Positions 39,534 through 49,935 of a DNA stretch of 64,000 nucleotides are shown here, in pieces. A program made the position numbers and the translations under genes. This DNA is from an uncultured Acidobacteriota bacterium (GTDB lineage: Bacteria > Acidobacteriota > Thermoanaerobaculia > UBA5066 > Gp7-AA6). A model generated the notes under the pieces. The model worked only from the letters and a program-made list of their open reading frames with translations. It ran no database searches and had not been told where the DNA came from. The stretch covers positions 142,854 through 206,853 of the forward strand of contig CAVRUT010000003.1 of assembly GCA_963724465.1 (NCBI GenBank). The letters are read 5' to 3'. The stretch's first letter is position 1. Every line of letters starts with the position of its first letter.

Positions 39534-40822
39534 TCACTCGTACCGGAGGGCCTCGATCGGGTCGAGGCGCGAGGCTTTGACGGCCGGATAGAGGCCGAAG
39601 AAGATGCCGACCGAGATCGAGACGACGAGCCCGACCACGACCGACCAGACCGGCGTCTCGGCGGGAAGGGCGTCGAAGGCCTTCTTGACGCCCGCCGGGA
39701 CCGCGATACCCACGGCCACGCCGATGACGCCTCCGATGAGCGAGAGCGTCGTGGCCTCGGTCAGGAACTGCAGCACGATGTCGCGGCGGAAGGCGCCGAC
39801 CGCCTTGCGCACACCGATCTCGCGGGTGCGCTCGGTGACCGAGACGAGCATGATGTTCATCACGCCCGACGCCTCCGATCAGAAGCGACACGAACGCGAT
39901 GAACACCATCGCCAGCGTGATGCCCTTCGTGATCCCCTGGAAGCTCTCGATCATCTTGTCGGGCGTGACGATGCCGAAGTCGTCGGGCTGGTCGAAGCGC
40001 ACGTGGCGACGGGTCCGCAGCACCTGCCGGATCTTCTCGATCAGCCCCGGCACCTGCTCGGGCCGGTACGGCACCGTCGCAATCCGCAGCGCGTCGCCGT
40101 TCGAGCCGCCCGCCCGGATCCAGGGGAACCGGCGGTCGAAGGTCGTCAGTGGGATCGCGACGAAGGCGTCCTGCGATTCGCCGAACATCTTGCCCTTCTT
40201 CTCGAACACGCCGATCACGGTGTAGGTGTCGTGGCCGAGCTGGATGCGCTTGTTCAGGGGGTCCTCGCGCGGAAAGAGCTTTTCGGCGATTTCCGCTCCC
40301 AGGACGATCACATCGGCCGCGTGTTCGACGTCGAGCTCCGTCAGGAACCGGCCCTGGGCCACGAAGCGGCTGGTCGCGACCGCGTACGGCTCCATCACGC
40401 CGAAGACCCGCGGCGACTGGACCTCGTTGGTCCGGTGCTTCAGGTGGTAGTCCGTGTTGTCCCAGAGGTAGCGCTGTGGCGACACGGCGCGCGCCTCCGG
40501 GATCTGCTCCCGGATGGCCGACCGCGTCCTCGAGGGTCAGGTCCTTGCGGCGCAGCTCCGACTCCGGGCGGGGGCCGCCGGGCCCGAACCGCGGCTCGTA
40601 CTTCTGGACCATCACGAGCGAGGCGCCGAAGCTCTGGAAGTTGCGCACCATGCCGTTGTTGAAGCCCGTCACGATGGAGACCATCGCGATGACCGTCGCG
40701 ACTCCGACCACGATGCCGAGGATGGTCAGCGAGGCGCGCAGCTTGTGAGCGCGCACGGCGAGCAGGGCAAATCTGACGTTTTCGCCGAAGCCGCGGCGCA
40801 GATGTCCGAACAGCCTGGACAA
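39534..40822 (-). CDS. MacB/FtsX-type ABC transporter permease 1 (two frame breaks)
   Basis: Paralog of the next gene. N-terminus in ORF 39860..40822, periplasmic core in ORF 38623..40485, FtsX C-terminus in ORF 39534..39863 ([24 protein letters not shown]...[11 protein letters not shown]). Breaks near 40510 and 39866. Confidence 0.8.
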
Positions 40823-40828
40823 GCTGGG

Positions 40829-42106
40829 CTATTCGTAGCGCAGGGCTTCGATCGGGTCCAGTCGCGAGGCCTTGACGGCCGGGTAGAGGCCGAAGAAGAC
40901 GCCGACCGACATCGAGACGAGCAGGCCCACGAGGATCGCCCAGAACGGCGTCTCGGCCGGCAGCGCGGCGAAGGCGGCCTTGATCGCCGCCGGCACCGCC
41001 ACGCCGACGACGACGCCGATGACGCCGCCGAGCAGCGCCAGCGTCGTCGCCTCGGTCAGAAACTGCAGGACGATGTCGCGGCGGAAGGCGCCGACCGCCT
41101 TGCGCACGCCGATCTCTCGCGTGCGCTCGGTCACCGAGACCAGCATGATGTTCATCACGCCGACGCCGCCGATCAGAAGCGAGATGAAGGCGATGAAGAT
41201 CATCGCGCCCGTGATGCCGCGCGTGATGCCCTGGAAGCTCTCGATCATCCGGTCGGGAGTCAGGATGTAGAAGTCGTCCTCGGCGTTGAACTTCACGCCG
41301 CGGCGCGCGCGCAGCAGGGCCCGGCCCTTCTCGATGACGGCGTCCACCTGCTCCGGGCCGTACGGCACCGTCGCGATGTGGATCGTGTCGCCCCGGCTGT
41401 TCTTGATCTGCGGGAACTGCCGGTCGAACGCCGAAAAGGGGACGAAGAACCAGTGGTTGCTGGAGCCGCCGCCGAAATCGCCCTTCTCTTCCAGGACGCC
41501 GATGACGACGTACTTCCAGCCGTTGAGCTCCACCGTCTTGTTGAGCGGGCTCTCGCGCGGGAAGAGCGCCTTCTGCACGTCGGTGCCGATGACCGCCACG
41601 GCCGCCGAGTGCTCGATGTCCGCGTCCGTGATGAAGCGCCCGTGCTCGACGAAGTGGTTGTTCGCCAGGGAGTAGTCCGGGTACACGCCGGCGACGGTCG
41701 GCGCCGTGGACTCCTGGTCCCGGTACTTGACGGTGACCGAGGTGCCGTCGAAGAGATACCGCTCGGGGGACACGGCGCGGATCTCCGGGATCTGGGCCTT
41801 CAGAGCCAGCGCGTCCTCGAGGGTCAGGTCCTTGCGGTTGCGCTCGGTGTCGGAGCGGTGACCCGGGCCGAACCGCATCGAGAACTTCTGGAACTGGACG
41901 AGGGTCGCGCCGAAGCTCTGGAAGTTGCGGATCATGTTGTTGTTGAAGCCCGTCACGATGGACACCATCGCGATCACGGTGGCCACGCCCACGACGATGC
42001 CAAGCACCGTCAGGCCCGCGCGCAGCTTGTGCGCGCGCACGGCCATCATCGCGAAGCGCACGTTCTCGCCGAAGCCGCGGCGCAGGTGGGAGATCAACGA
42101 CGACAT
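40829..42106 (-). CDS. MacB/FtsX-type ABC transporter permease 2 (intact, 425 aa)
   Basis: [24 protein letters not shown], a MacB-like periplasmic core and an FtsX domain ending [14 protein letters not shown]. Confidence 0.85.
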   Translation of the reverse strand: MSSLISHLRRGFGENVRFAMMAVRAHKLRAGLTVLGIVVGVATVIAMVSIVTGFNNNMIRNFQSFGATLVQFQKFSMRFGPGHRSDTERNRKDLTLEDALALKAQIPEIRAVSPERYLFDGTSVTVKYRDQESTAPTVAGVYPDYSLANNHFVEHGRFITDADIEHSAAVAVIGTDVQKALFPRESPLNKTVELNGWKYVVIGVLEEKGDFGGGSSNHWFFVPFSAFDRQFPQIKNSRGDTIHIATVPYGPEQVDAVIEKGRALLRARRGVKFNAEDDFYILTPDRMIESFQGITRGITGAMIFIAFISLLIGGVGVMNIMLVSVTERTREIGVRKAVGAFRRDIVLQFLTEATTLALLGGVIGVVVGVAVPAAIKAAFAALPAETPFWAILVGLLVSMSVGVFFGLYPAVKASRLDPIEALRYE

Positions 42107-42114
42107 GGGGCGTT

Positions 42115-42203
42115 AGCCGTGAGTCGTGAGCCGTGAGCCGACCGAGGAGGACCGCCCGAGCCGTTCCGGCTCCCGGCTTACGGCTACCGGCTTACGGCTC
42201 CGG
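42115..42203. repeat. heptad-arm hairpin H2
   Basis: AGCCGTGAGTCGTGAGCCGTGAGCCG ... CCGGCTCCCGGCTTACGGCTACCGGCTTACGGCTCCGG, located between the permease 3 stop and the permease 2 start. Confidence 0.75.
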
Positions 42204-43418
42204 TCACTCATAGCGCAGCGCCTCGACCGGCGGCAGCTTGCTCGCCTGGTTCGAGGGGATCCACCCGGCGAGGAGGCCCGTGACGGTCGCCACGGTCACG
42301 CCGAGGACCATGAAAGACACGCGCATCTGGGCGGGAAAGACCTGCTTGACCGCGAGCGCGATGAGCGAACCCAGGATCACCCCGATCACGCCGCCGACCG
42401 CCGAGAGCAGCGCCGCCTCGAGCAGGAACTGCCGCCGGATGTCCTTCTTGCGCGCGCCGAGCGCGCGCCGCACGCCGATCTCCTTGGTCCGCTCGACGAC
42501 GGACACGAACATGATGTTGGCGATCACGATGGCTCCGACGACGAGCGAGATGCCGGAGATGAGGACCATCAGCAGGAACATGCCGGCCGAGATGCTCCTC
42601 CAGAGCGTCTGGAGCAGCTCCGCCGTGACGAGGCCGAAGGGGTCGTCCGAGTTGTACCCGGTCTTTCGCAGCGATCGCAGGATCGTCCGCACCTCGTCGG
42701 TCGCCGTGGTCACTCCCTCGACGCCCCCCTTGGGCTTCAGGAAGATGCTGATGTCCTCGGTCGGCGCCACTCGCTTGTGGAACACGGTGAGCGGGATGTA
42801 GACGACGTTGTCCTGGCTCTGGCCCATGACGCTGCCCTGCTTGGCCAGCGTGCCGATGACTTTGACGGGGAATCCGTCGATCTTGATGACCCGGCCGATC
42901 GGATCGATGTTCGGGAAGAGCTCGTCCTGGACGTCCCAGCCGATCACGGCGACGGGCACCGACTGGTTGTACTCGGCCTCGGTGAAGTACCGCCCGCTGG
43001 CGATGTCGAAATTCATCGCCTCGCCCATGTTGGGCGTGTGCCCCTGGATCTCGGAGGCGGGAAGCTTGCGGTCCCCGTATTTGACCGGCCGGTTGCGGTC
43101 GCCCCGCGCCCCGATCGACTCGCAGAGGCGGCACTCGCGGCGCACGACCTCCATGTCGGTCAGCGTCAGGTCCTTGCGCTTGCGCGCCAGGAGCCACTCC
43201 TCGCGGCTGGTGATGATCCCGTACTTGGTGAAGATGACGATGTCGGGGTTCAGGCCGATGACCTTGTCCTTGACATAGGTGTTTAGGCCCGAGATCACCG
43301 ACACGACGCCGACGACCGTCGCCACGCCGATGATCACGCCGAGCAGGGTCAGGAACGCGCGTAGCTTGTGGCGCGTCAGCGCCGAGCCCGAGACGCGGAA
43401 GAGCTCCGAGACGGTCAT
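42204..43418 (-). CDS. MacB/FtsX-type ABC transporter permease 3 (404 aa)
   Basis: C-terminal part of ORF 42204..44807. ATG 43418 overlaps the MFP stop (ATGA). MTVSELFRVSGSALTRHKLRAFLTLLGVIIGVATVV... ending KLPPVEALRYE. Confidence 0.85.
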   Translation of the reverse strand: MTVSELFRVSGSALTRHKLRAFLTLLGVIIGVATVVGVVSVISGLNTYVKDKVIGLNPDIVIFTKYGIITSREEWLLARKRKDLTLTDMEVVRRECRLCESIGARGDRNRPVKYGDRKLPASEIQGHTPNMGEAMNFDIASGRYFTEAEYNQSVPVAVIGWDVQDELFPNIDPIGRVIKIDGFPVKVIGTLAKQGSVMGQSQDNVVYIPLTVFHKRVAPTEDISIFLKPKGGVEGVTTATDEVRTILRSLRKTGYNSDDPFGLVTAELLQTLWRSISAGMFLLMVLISGISLVVGAIVIANIMFVSVVERTKEIGVRRALGARKKDIRRQFLLEAALLSAVGGVIGVILGSLIALAVKQVFPAQMRVSFMVLGVTVATVTGLLAGWIPSNQASKLPPVEALRYE

Positions 43419-44671
43419 GCCGGTTTCGAACCCTTCTTGTCGCCGCCTTCCTTCTCGATGAGGACCTTGTCGCCCTCCTTGACCTGGCGCAGGACCTTGA
43501 AGGGCCCCGTGACGATCTCGGACCCCGCCTTCGGGCCGGTCTTGACTTCGATCATGAGCTCGCCGGCGATGCCGGTCTGGACCTTGTCGAACACGAGCTT
43601 GCCGTCCTTGACCTCGTAGACGCCTTCCTCGGTCTCGGGCCGCGAGCCGGCCGCGGGCTTCTTCTCCTTCGAGGGCACGTCGCGCACGACGAGCGCCTGG
43701 ATCGGGATCGCGGTCGCGCCGTCGATGCGGCCGGTCACGATGTCGGCCGTCACCGAGAAGCCCGGACGGATCGTGTCGGGCGGCTTGTCGAGGCGGATCT
43801 TGACCTTGAAGTTGATCGCCTCGGAGTTGGCGACCAGGGCCAGAAGGTCCGGGTCGTTCTTCGGAATCGGTGACGAGCCGACCTCGGTCACCGTCCCCTC
43901 GAACTTGCGGTTCGGGTAGGCGTCGATCGCGAGCGTGGCCTTCTGGCCGATCTTCACCTGCGGGACGGAGGTTTCGTCGACCATCATCACCGCTTCGACC
44001 TCGCCCATGTCCGAGATCGTCATGAGCTGCGTGCCGGCGTTGTTCATGGTTCCGATCACGGTCACTTCGCCCTCTTTGATCGGAAGGGTCGTCACGATGC
44101 CCTCGATCGGCGCCGTGACGGTCGTCTTGGACAGCGAGTCGCGGCTGGCCGCGAGGTCCGCGATCGTCCCATTCATGCGCTGCTCGGTGGCGGCCAGCGT
44201 CGCCTCGGCCGCGTCGAGACTCGATTTGGCCTTCTGATAGTCCGCTTCGGCCAGGATCTTGGCCTGGAAGTTCTGCTTCGCCCTCTCGTAGTCCAGCTTG
44301 GCCTGGGCGGCGTTGGCCCGTGCCGCGTCCAGATCGTGCCGCATCGCGGCGAGGCTCGCCTCGCGCCCCTGGGCCTGGGCCGCCAGCTGGGCTCGGTCGA
44401 TCTGGAGGAGCAGCTGGCCCTTCTTGACGTGGTCGCCTTCCTTGACCGCCAGGTTGACGATCTGGCCCATTACCAGGGCGGACATGTCCACCTTGCGCTT
44501 GGCCTGGATCTTCCCGTTGGCGGTGACCTTGGAGACCAAGTCGATCTTCTCGACCTTGGCCGTGGTCACCCGCGGGACGTCCTTGTCCCGGCCGCGGATG
44601 AATGCGGTCAGAGCCCCCACGACGACGACCGCCGCCCCGAGGCCCAGGATGATTTTCGTCTTCTTCGACAT
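43415..44671 (-). CDS. HlyD/MacA-type membrane fusion (periplasmic adaptor) protein
   Basis: Start at ATG 44671 after GGAGGG. MSKKTKIILGLGAAVVVVGAL anchor, coiled-coil (LDYERAKQNFQAKILAEADYQKAKSSLDAAEATL), lipoyl and beta-barrel motifs (VTAPIEGIVTTL, GFSVTADIV). Confidence 0.85.
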   Translation of the reverse strand: MSKKTKIILGLGAAVVVVGALTAFIRGRDKDVPRVTTAKVEKIDLVSKVTANGKIQAKRKVDMSALVMGQIVNLAVKEGDHVKKGQLLLQIDRAQLAAQAQGREASLAAMRHDLDAARANAAQAKLDYERAKQNFQAKILAEADYQKAKSSLDAAEATLAATEQRMNGTIADLAASRDSLSKTTVTAPIEGIVTTLPIKEGEVTVIGTMNNAGTQLMTISDMGEVEAVMMVDETSVPQVKIGQKATLAIDAYPNRKFEGTVTEVGSSPIPKNDPDLLALVANSEAINFKVKIRLDKPPDTIRPGFSVTADIVTGRIDGATAIPIQALVVRDVPSKEKKPAAGSRPETEEGVYEVKDGKLVFDKVQTGIAGELMIEVKTGPKAGSEIVTGPFKVLRQVKEGDKVLIEKEGGDKKGSKPA

Positions 44672-44799
44672 GCCTTGGACCCTCCGGCTGTTCGAGCAGC
44701 CTTTCAGCGTATCTTTTTCTACGGAAGGGGGCTGCGAAAGTTCCGATCCCCGCCAGGCCATTGAAAATGCGGGGCATTTTCGTTAGCCTCACGCCCCCT

Positions 44800-44876
44800 G
44801 CGCCCATAGCTCAATTGGATAGAGCGTCTGACTACGGATCAGGAGGTTGGGGGTTCGACTCCCTCTGGGCGCACCA
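44800..44876 (+). tRNA. tRNA-Arg(ACG)
   Basis: GCGCCCATAGCTCAATTGGATAGAGCGTCTGACTACGGATCAGGAGGTTGGGGGTTCGACTCCCTCTGGGCGCACCA. The anticodon loop CTACGGA gives ACG. Confidence 0.9.
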
Positions 44877-44901
44877 AATTCCCCTGATATAGCCTCCCGC
44901 C

Positions 44902-45360
44902 ATGGGTTTTTCCCCCTCCGATGAAGGATTCATGCGCGAGGCGCTCGCCTTCGCCCGGATCGCCTACGCCGAGCAGGAGGTCCCGATAGGGGCGGTCGTG
45001 GTTCGCGACGGGCGGATGATCGGCCGGGGTCGAAACCGCCGGGAACGCCTCGCCGACCCGACCCACCATGCCGAGATCGAGGCCATCCGGGAGGCGGCCA
45101 TCGAGACGGGGACCTGGCGGCTCGACAACGCCATCCTCTACGCGACCCTGGAGCCCTGCGCCATGTGCGCCGGCGCCGCCGTCAACGCGCGAATGGCCCG
45201 GATCGTCTACGGCTGCGCGGACCCGAAAGCGGGCTTTTGCGGCAGCCTCGGGAACATCCCGCAGGACAAGCGCCTGAACCATCGGTGCGAGGTCGAAGCG
45301 GGGCTTCTCGGGGAGGAGTCGGCGGAGCTGCTGCAGCAGTTCTTCCGCGCCAAGCGGTAG
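44902..45360 (+). CDS. tadA: tRNA adenosine(34) deaminase TadA
   Basis: EVPIGAVVV...HAEIEAIREA...LYATLEPCAMCAGA is the CDA zinc motif set (HAE ... PCxxC). Confidence 0.9.
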   Translation: MGFSPSDEGFMREALAFARIAYAEQEVPIGAVVVRDGRMIGRGRNRRERLADPTHHAEIEAIREAAIETGTWRLDNAILYATLEPCAMCAGAAVNARMARIVYGCADPKAGFCGSLGNIPQDKRLNHRCEVEAGLLGEESAELLQQFFRAKR

Positions 45361-45416
45361 AAGACATCGACCGGAGCAACGGGGCCCTCCGACGAGGGGC
45401 CCCGGGAACACCCTGG

Positions 45417-47169
45417 TTAGGGACCGTACAGGAGCAGGCCGAAAGTTCTCGTCAGGAAGACGGCCATCTGGCTGCGGGCGACAGGGCTGCTCGGGCAGTA
45501 GAGTAGCGGGTCTAGGCGGGTTGGCGCTGCAGCCGCTCGTGATGCCCTCCGTGGCAAGCTGGTAGATGAAGTCCGTGGTGTTGCCCGGCACCACCGGGAC
45601 CGGGACAGGTAACGTCCGTGAAGGAGCTCGCCGGGAATGGCGGCTGAGGCAACGGCCCACAGGCCGGCGGCACATAGCCCGATCCGTGCTCGGCCCTCAG
45701 AAGAAAGATCGCCATCTGGGCGCGGCTGACCGTGTCCGACGGGCAGAATTTGAGCTGAGCTGGATTGCAGCCGGTCGTGATGCCCTCCTGGGCGAGCTGG
45801 TAGATGAAGTCCGAGAAGTTCCCCGGCCCACCCGGACCGGGACACGGAACGTCCACGAAGTAGCTCGCGGGGGCGAATGGCGGAGAAGGCAAAGGCCCAC
45901 AAGCCGGCGGCACGTAGCCCGACCCGTGCTCGGCCCTGAGCAGGAACGCCGCCATCTGCGAGCGCAATACGCCGTTGAGCGGGCCGTACTGCAGCGGGTT
46001 GCCGAAACCGGTCGTGACTCCGTTGTGGAAGAGGGTCTCGATGAACGGGTAGAAGAAGGTGTTGTTCGACACATCGGAGAAGCTGTTCCCGACGTGCAGC
46101 GTCCAGGTCTTCGCCCCTCCCGTCGAGAGCGCCTCCTTGAACGACGCGTCCCAGTGCGGGGCCGGCCGCGAAACGGGATTGCCCACCGTCATCTCGTAGC
46201 AATTGGCCGTCGCCGAAAAGCAGTCGTTCGAGCCGATCGAACCGTAGTCGGCGGCCGGATCGTCGACCGTATAATTGGCGGGCGAGCCCGGTCCCGTAAA
46301 GCTCGAATCGGTGCCCGTCAGCATCACCGGGCTCATCGAGTTGAACATAGCTCGGCGCGACAACGACCGTCTCGCCCGGCTCCAGCACGCCGTTCAGGTT
46401 CGACGTACCGCCCGAGGCGTGCTCATCCACGCTCATTGGCGCCGCAGCCAAGCACAAGACGTCGAGCGTGACGTCGTCGACGTCGAAATTCGCCTTGTTG
46501 TCGTCGGCGGGCGAGCCCTGCGTATAAGAGAACCGAATCTTGTGAGTCAAGCCGTCGGCAAACGCGGTGAGGTTTAGGCGGTGCAGGGTATAGATGGATT
46601 CCGCAACGGACGGCTCCGCAAACGTCTGCTGCGTCACGCCGTCGACCTGTACTTCGAGCGTGTCCGTAAAGGGTGATGTCACGAAGCCGATCTGAAGGAA
46701 GAAGCTGAGGGTCACCGACGAAGGCGGCGCGAGCAGGGGAAAAGTGACGGTCTGCTCGGCGTATGCGATTTCTACCGAACCGTCGTTGACGTTGTTTCCT
46801 CCGAACCACGCCCAGGAGCTACCACTTCGCGGGGTAGTACATGCCGTTGGTACCGTCCTGGCAGTCCGAGTACCCAGATGTTGCACAGCGGCGTCCCCGA
46901 CGGCGGCGTCCCCGCCGGGTGCCCGCTAGGAAAATGGGTGGAGAAAACGACGGGATAGTTTGGATTGACCAAGGGATTGAGCAAGGTCGAGCAGGTGGCT
47001 TCGAAGCCTCCGTCCGTCCAGATGTCCCCGTCCACGCATTGAGCTCCCGCGCTCCCGCGAGCACTGCCGCCAATGCCAGAGCCACCAGGGCGACCCGAAC
47101 GAGGACCGCCAGCCGGCGCGCCGTGTAAATGGTGATCAGACGCTCTTCGCCGATGGTACCCAGAGCCAT
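45417..47169 (-). CDS. secreted protein with three C-terminal SLH-like repeats (at least 4 frame breaks)
   Basis: ATG 47169 follows GAAGGGAG. Signal RRLAVLVRVALVALALAAVLAGA. The middle region lies in ORFs 46772..47035 and 45417..46886. Three repeats of F.DV...(F)..I..L...GIT.GC....(F/Y)CP...V.R.QMA.FL.R lie in ORFs 45512..46363, 44839..45675 and 45417..46886. Confidence 0.6.
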
Positions 47170-47342
47170 GCCAAAGCTCCCTTCTTCGGGTGCACCCGCC
47201 ACAACCTCAATTCCGTAGTCAGTCCCAGGACGCCAATAGGGTACCACGGCATCGTGCCGGACAGCCACCGAAGCCCTCGGGCAACCGACAAGGATCGAGC
47301 CCCGATCTCTCGGGGCCCATCTGATCCTTCGTGCCTGCTATG

Positions 47343-47434
47343 TGGCGGAGAGGGTGGGATTTGAACCCACGAGACCCTTTCGGGCCTACCGGTTTTCGAG
47401 ACCGGCCTGATCAACCACTCCAGCACCTCTCCGC
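47343..47434 (-). tRNA. tRNA-Ser(CGA)
   Basis: The minus strand reads GCGGAGAGGTGCTGGAGTGGTTGATCAGGCCGGTCTCGAAAACCGG...GGGTTCAAATCCCACCCTCTCCGCCA. The anticodon loop CTCGAAA gives CGA. Confidence 0.9.
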
Positions 47435-47585
47435 GTGGGTGGACGGCGAGCCGACCAGCAAAGGGCGACCCTCAACAGTAGGCAGCGCCGCGTCAAACGC
47501 GGCGCTTATCCTAGCCGATTCCCGGGTCCTTTGGTAAGGCGGGCCAAACCACGGACCATGCAATCCGTAATAATCCGCAACTCCG

Positions 47586-48509
<924 letters not shown>

Positions 48510-48516
48510 GGCGCCC

Positions 48517-49845
48517 ATGAACTGGAAGAAGACCTTTGCCGTCGTCCGCCGGGAGTACGTCGAGCGCGTCCGGACCAAGGCGTTCTGGATCGCGACGCTC
48601 CTGATCCCGCTCCTCTTTCTCGGATATGTCGCGGTTCAGATCGCGATCTCCCGAAAGACCGGCGGCGAGCGCCAGCTCGTTGTCGTGGACCTGACGGGTA
48701 AGCTCTACGCCCCTCTGGTGAAGGAGCTCGCCGACACCGAAGCGAAGCAGAGGAAGGAGAACGGGGGCTCCCGGGGACCCCACTGGTCTCTCGTCGAGCG
48801 GCCGCTGACCGGAGACCTGGCCGCGACGAAGGAGGGTCTCCGCAAGCAGGTCCTGGAGAAGAAGATCAACGGCTACCTGGTTCTCGAGCCGGCCAAGCTC
48901 GAGAAGGAGGAGGTCGAGTATTACTCGACGACCGTCTCGGACTGGATCGCTCTGCAGCAGCTCCAGTCGGCCATCAACCGCATCTCGATGCGGCAGAAGA
49001 TGGCGGCGCGGGGCCTTCCGGCCGACCTCTCGGCGGAGCTCGAGAAGCGCATCGACCTGAAGCCCTTCAAGGTCACCGAGAAGGGGACGGCCGAGGAGAA
49101 GGGCGCCGGGATCATCGCCGCGATCGTTTTTCTGATCCTGATGTACTCGACCTTCTTCATGTACGGCTACCAGGTCATGCGCGGCGTCATCGAGGAAAAG
49201 TCGAACCGCATCGTCGAGATCATCGTGGCCTCGGTGCGCCCCACCGAGCTCATGGTCGGCAAGATCATCGGGATCGGCCTCGTCGGCCTGACCCAGTACT
49301 TCGTGTGGTCCCTCGTCGCGATGAACCTGTCGCTGCCGGCGATCGCGGGCCTGATGGCCAGCCCGGACATGGGCGTGCCCCACATCCCGATCTCGATGCT
49401 CGGCTACTTCATTCTCTTCTTCATCCTCGGCTACTTCTTGTACGCCAGCGTCTACACGATGATCGCCGCACCCTTCAACACCGACCAGGAAGCGCAGCAG
49501 CTGGCGATGATCCCGATGATGATGATCATCAGCGGCATCGCCGTTTACCCCGCCGTCATGAACAACCCCTCCGGCGGAGTCGCGCTCTTCTTCTCGCTCT
49601 TTCCGTTCACGGCCTCGCTCATCATGTTCCTGCGAACCGCGCTCTCGGAACCGCCGGTCTGGCAGATCCTGCTGTCGGTCGCGGTGATGCTCGGCACGAC
49701 GTTCGGGCTGGCGTGGTTCGCGGGACGCATCTACCGCGTCGGCATCCTGATGTACGGCAAGAAGCCGACGATTCCCGAGATCATCCGCTGGGTCCGATAT
49801 TCCCCCGGAAAAGCGCCCCAGCCCGCCGTCAAACAGGCCTCCTGA
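48517..49845 (+). CDS. ABC-2 family transporter permease (NatB-like)
   Basis: One N-terminal TM, a large extracytoplasmic loop, then 5 TMs. Immediately follows the ATPase gene. Confidence 0.8.
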   Translation: MNWKKTFAVVRREYVERVRTKAFWIATLLIPLLFLGYVAVQIAISRKTGGERQLVVVDLTGKLYAPLVKELADTEAKQRKENGGSRGPHWSLVERPLTGDLAATKEGLRKQVLEKKINGYLVLEPAKLEKEEVEYYSTTVSDWIALQQLQSAINRISMRQKMAARGLPADLSAELEKRIDLKPFKVTEKGTAEEKGAGIIAAIVFLILMYSTFFMYGYQVMRGVIEEKSNRIVEIIVASVRPTELMVGKIIGIGLVGLTQYFVWSLVAMNLSLPAIAGLMASPDMGVPHIPISMLGYFILFFILGYFLYASVYTMIAAPFNTDQEAQQLAMIPMMMIISGIAVYPAVMNNPSGGVALFFSLFPFTASLIMFLRTALSEPPVWQILLSVAVMLGTTFGLAWFAGRIYRVGILMYGKKPTIPEIIRWVRYSPGKAPQPAVKQAS

Positions 49846-49935
49846 GGCCCCCCGGGGGCAAATCGATGAGGCTGCCCCATAGACAAGGGGCCACCTCCTG
49901 CCATATATGGTGTGACAGTGAGCAGGAGGAAGGCC

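Noticed and set aside
42204-44807. An 867-aa ORF looks like one giant permease fusion.
   Set aside because: Only the last 404 codons (from ATG 43418) look like a permease. The first ~460 codons are Arg/Gly/Pro-rich off-frame translation of the MFP gene, which is clearly read in ORF 43415..44761.
45381-45403. A GGGGCCC...GGGCCCC hairpin between the convergent tadA and SLH-like genes might be a bidirectional terminator.
   Set aside because: There is no U-tract on either side and the stem is short. Evidence is too weak to annotate.
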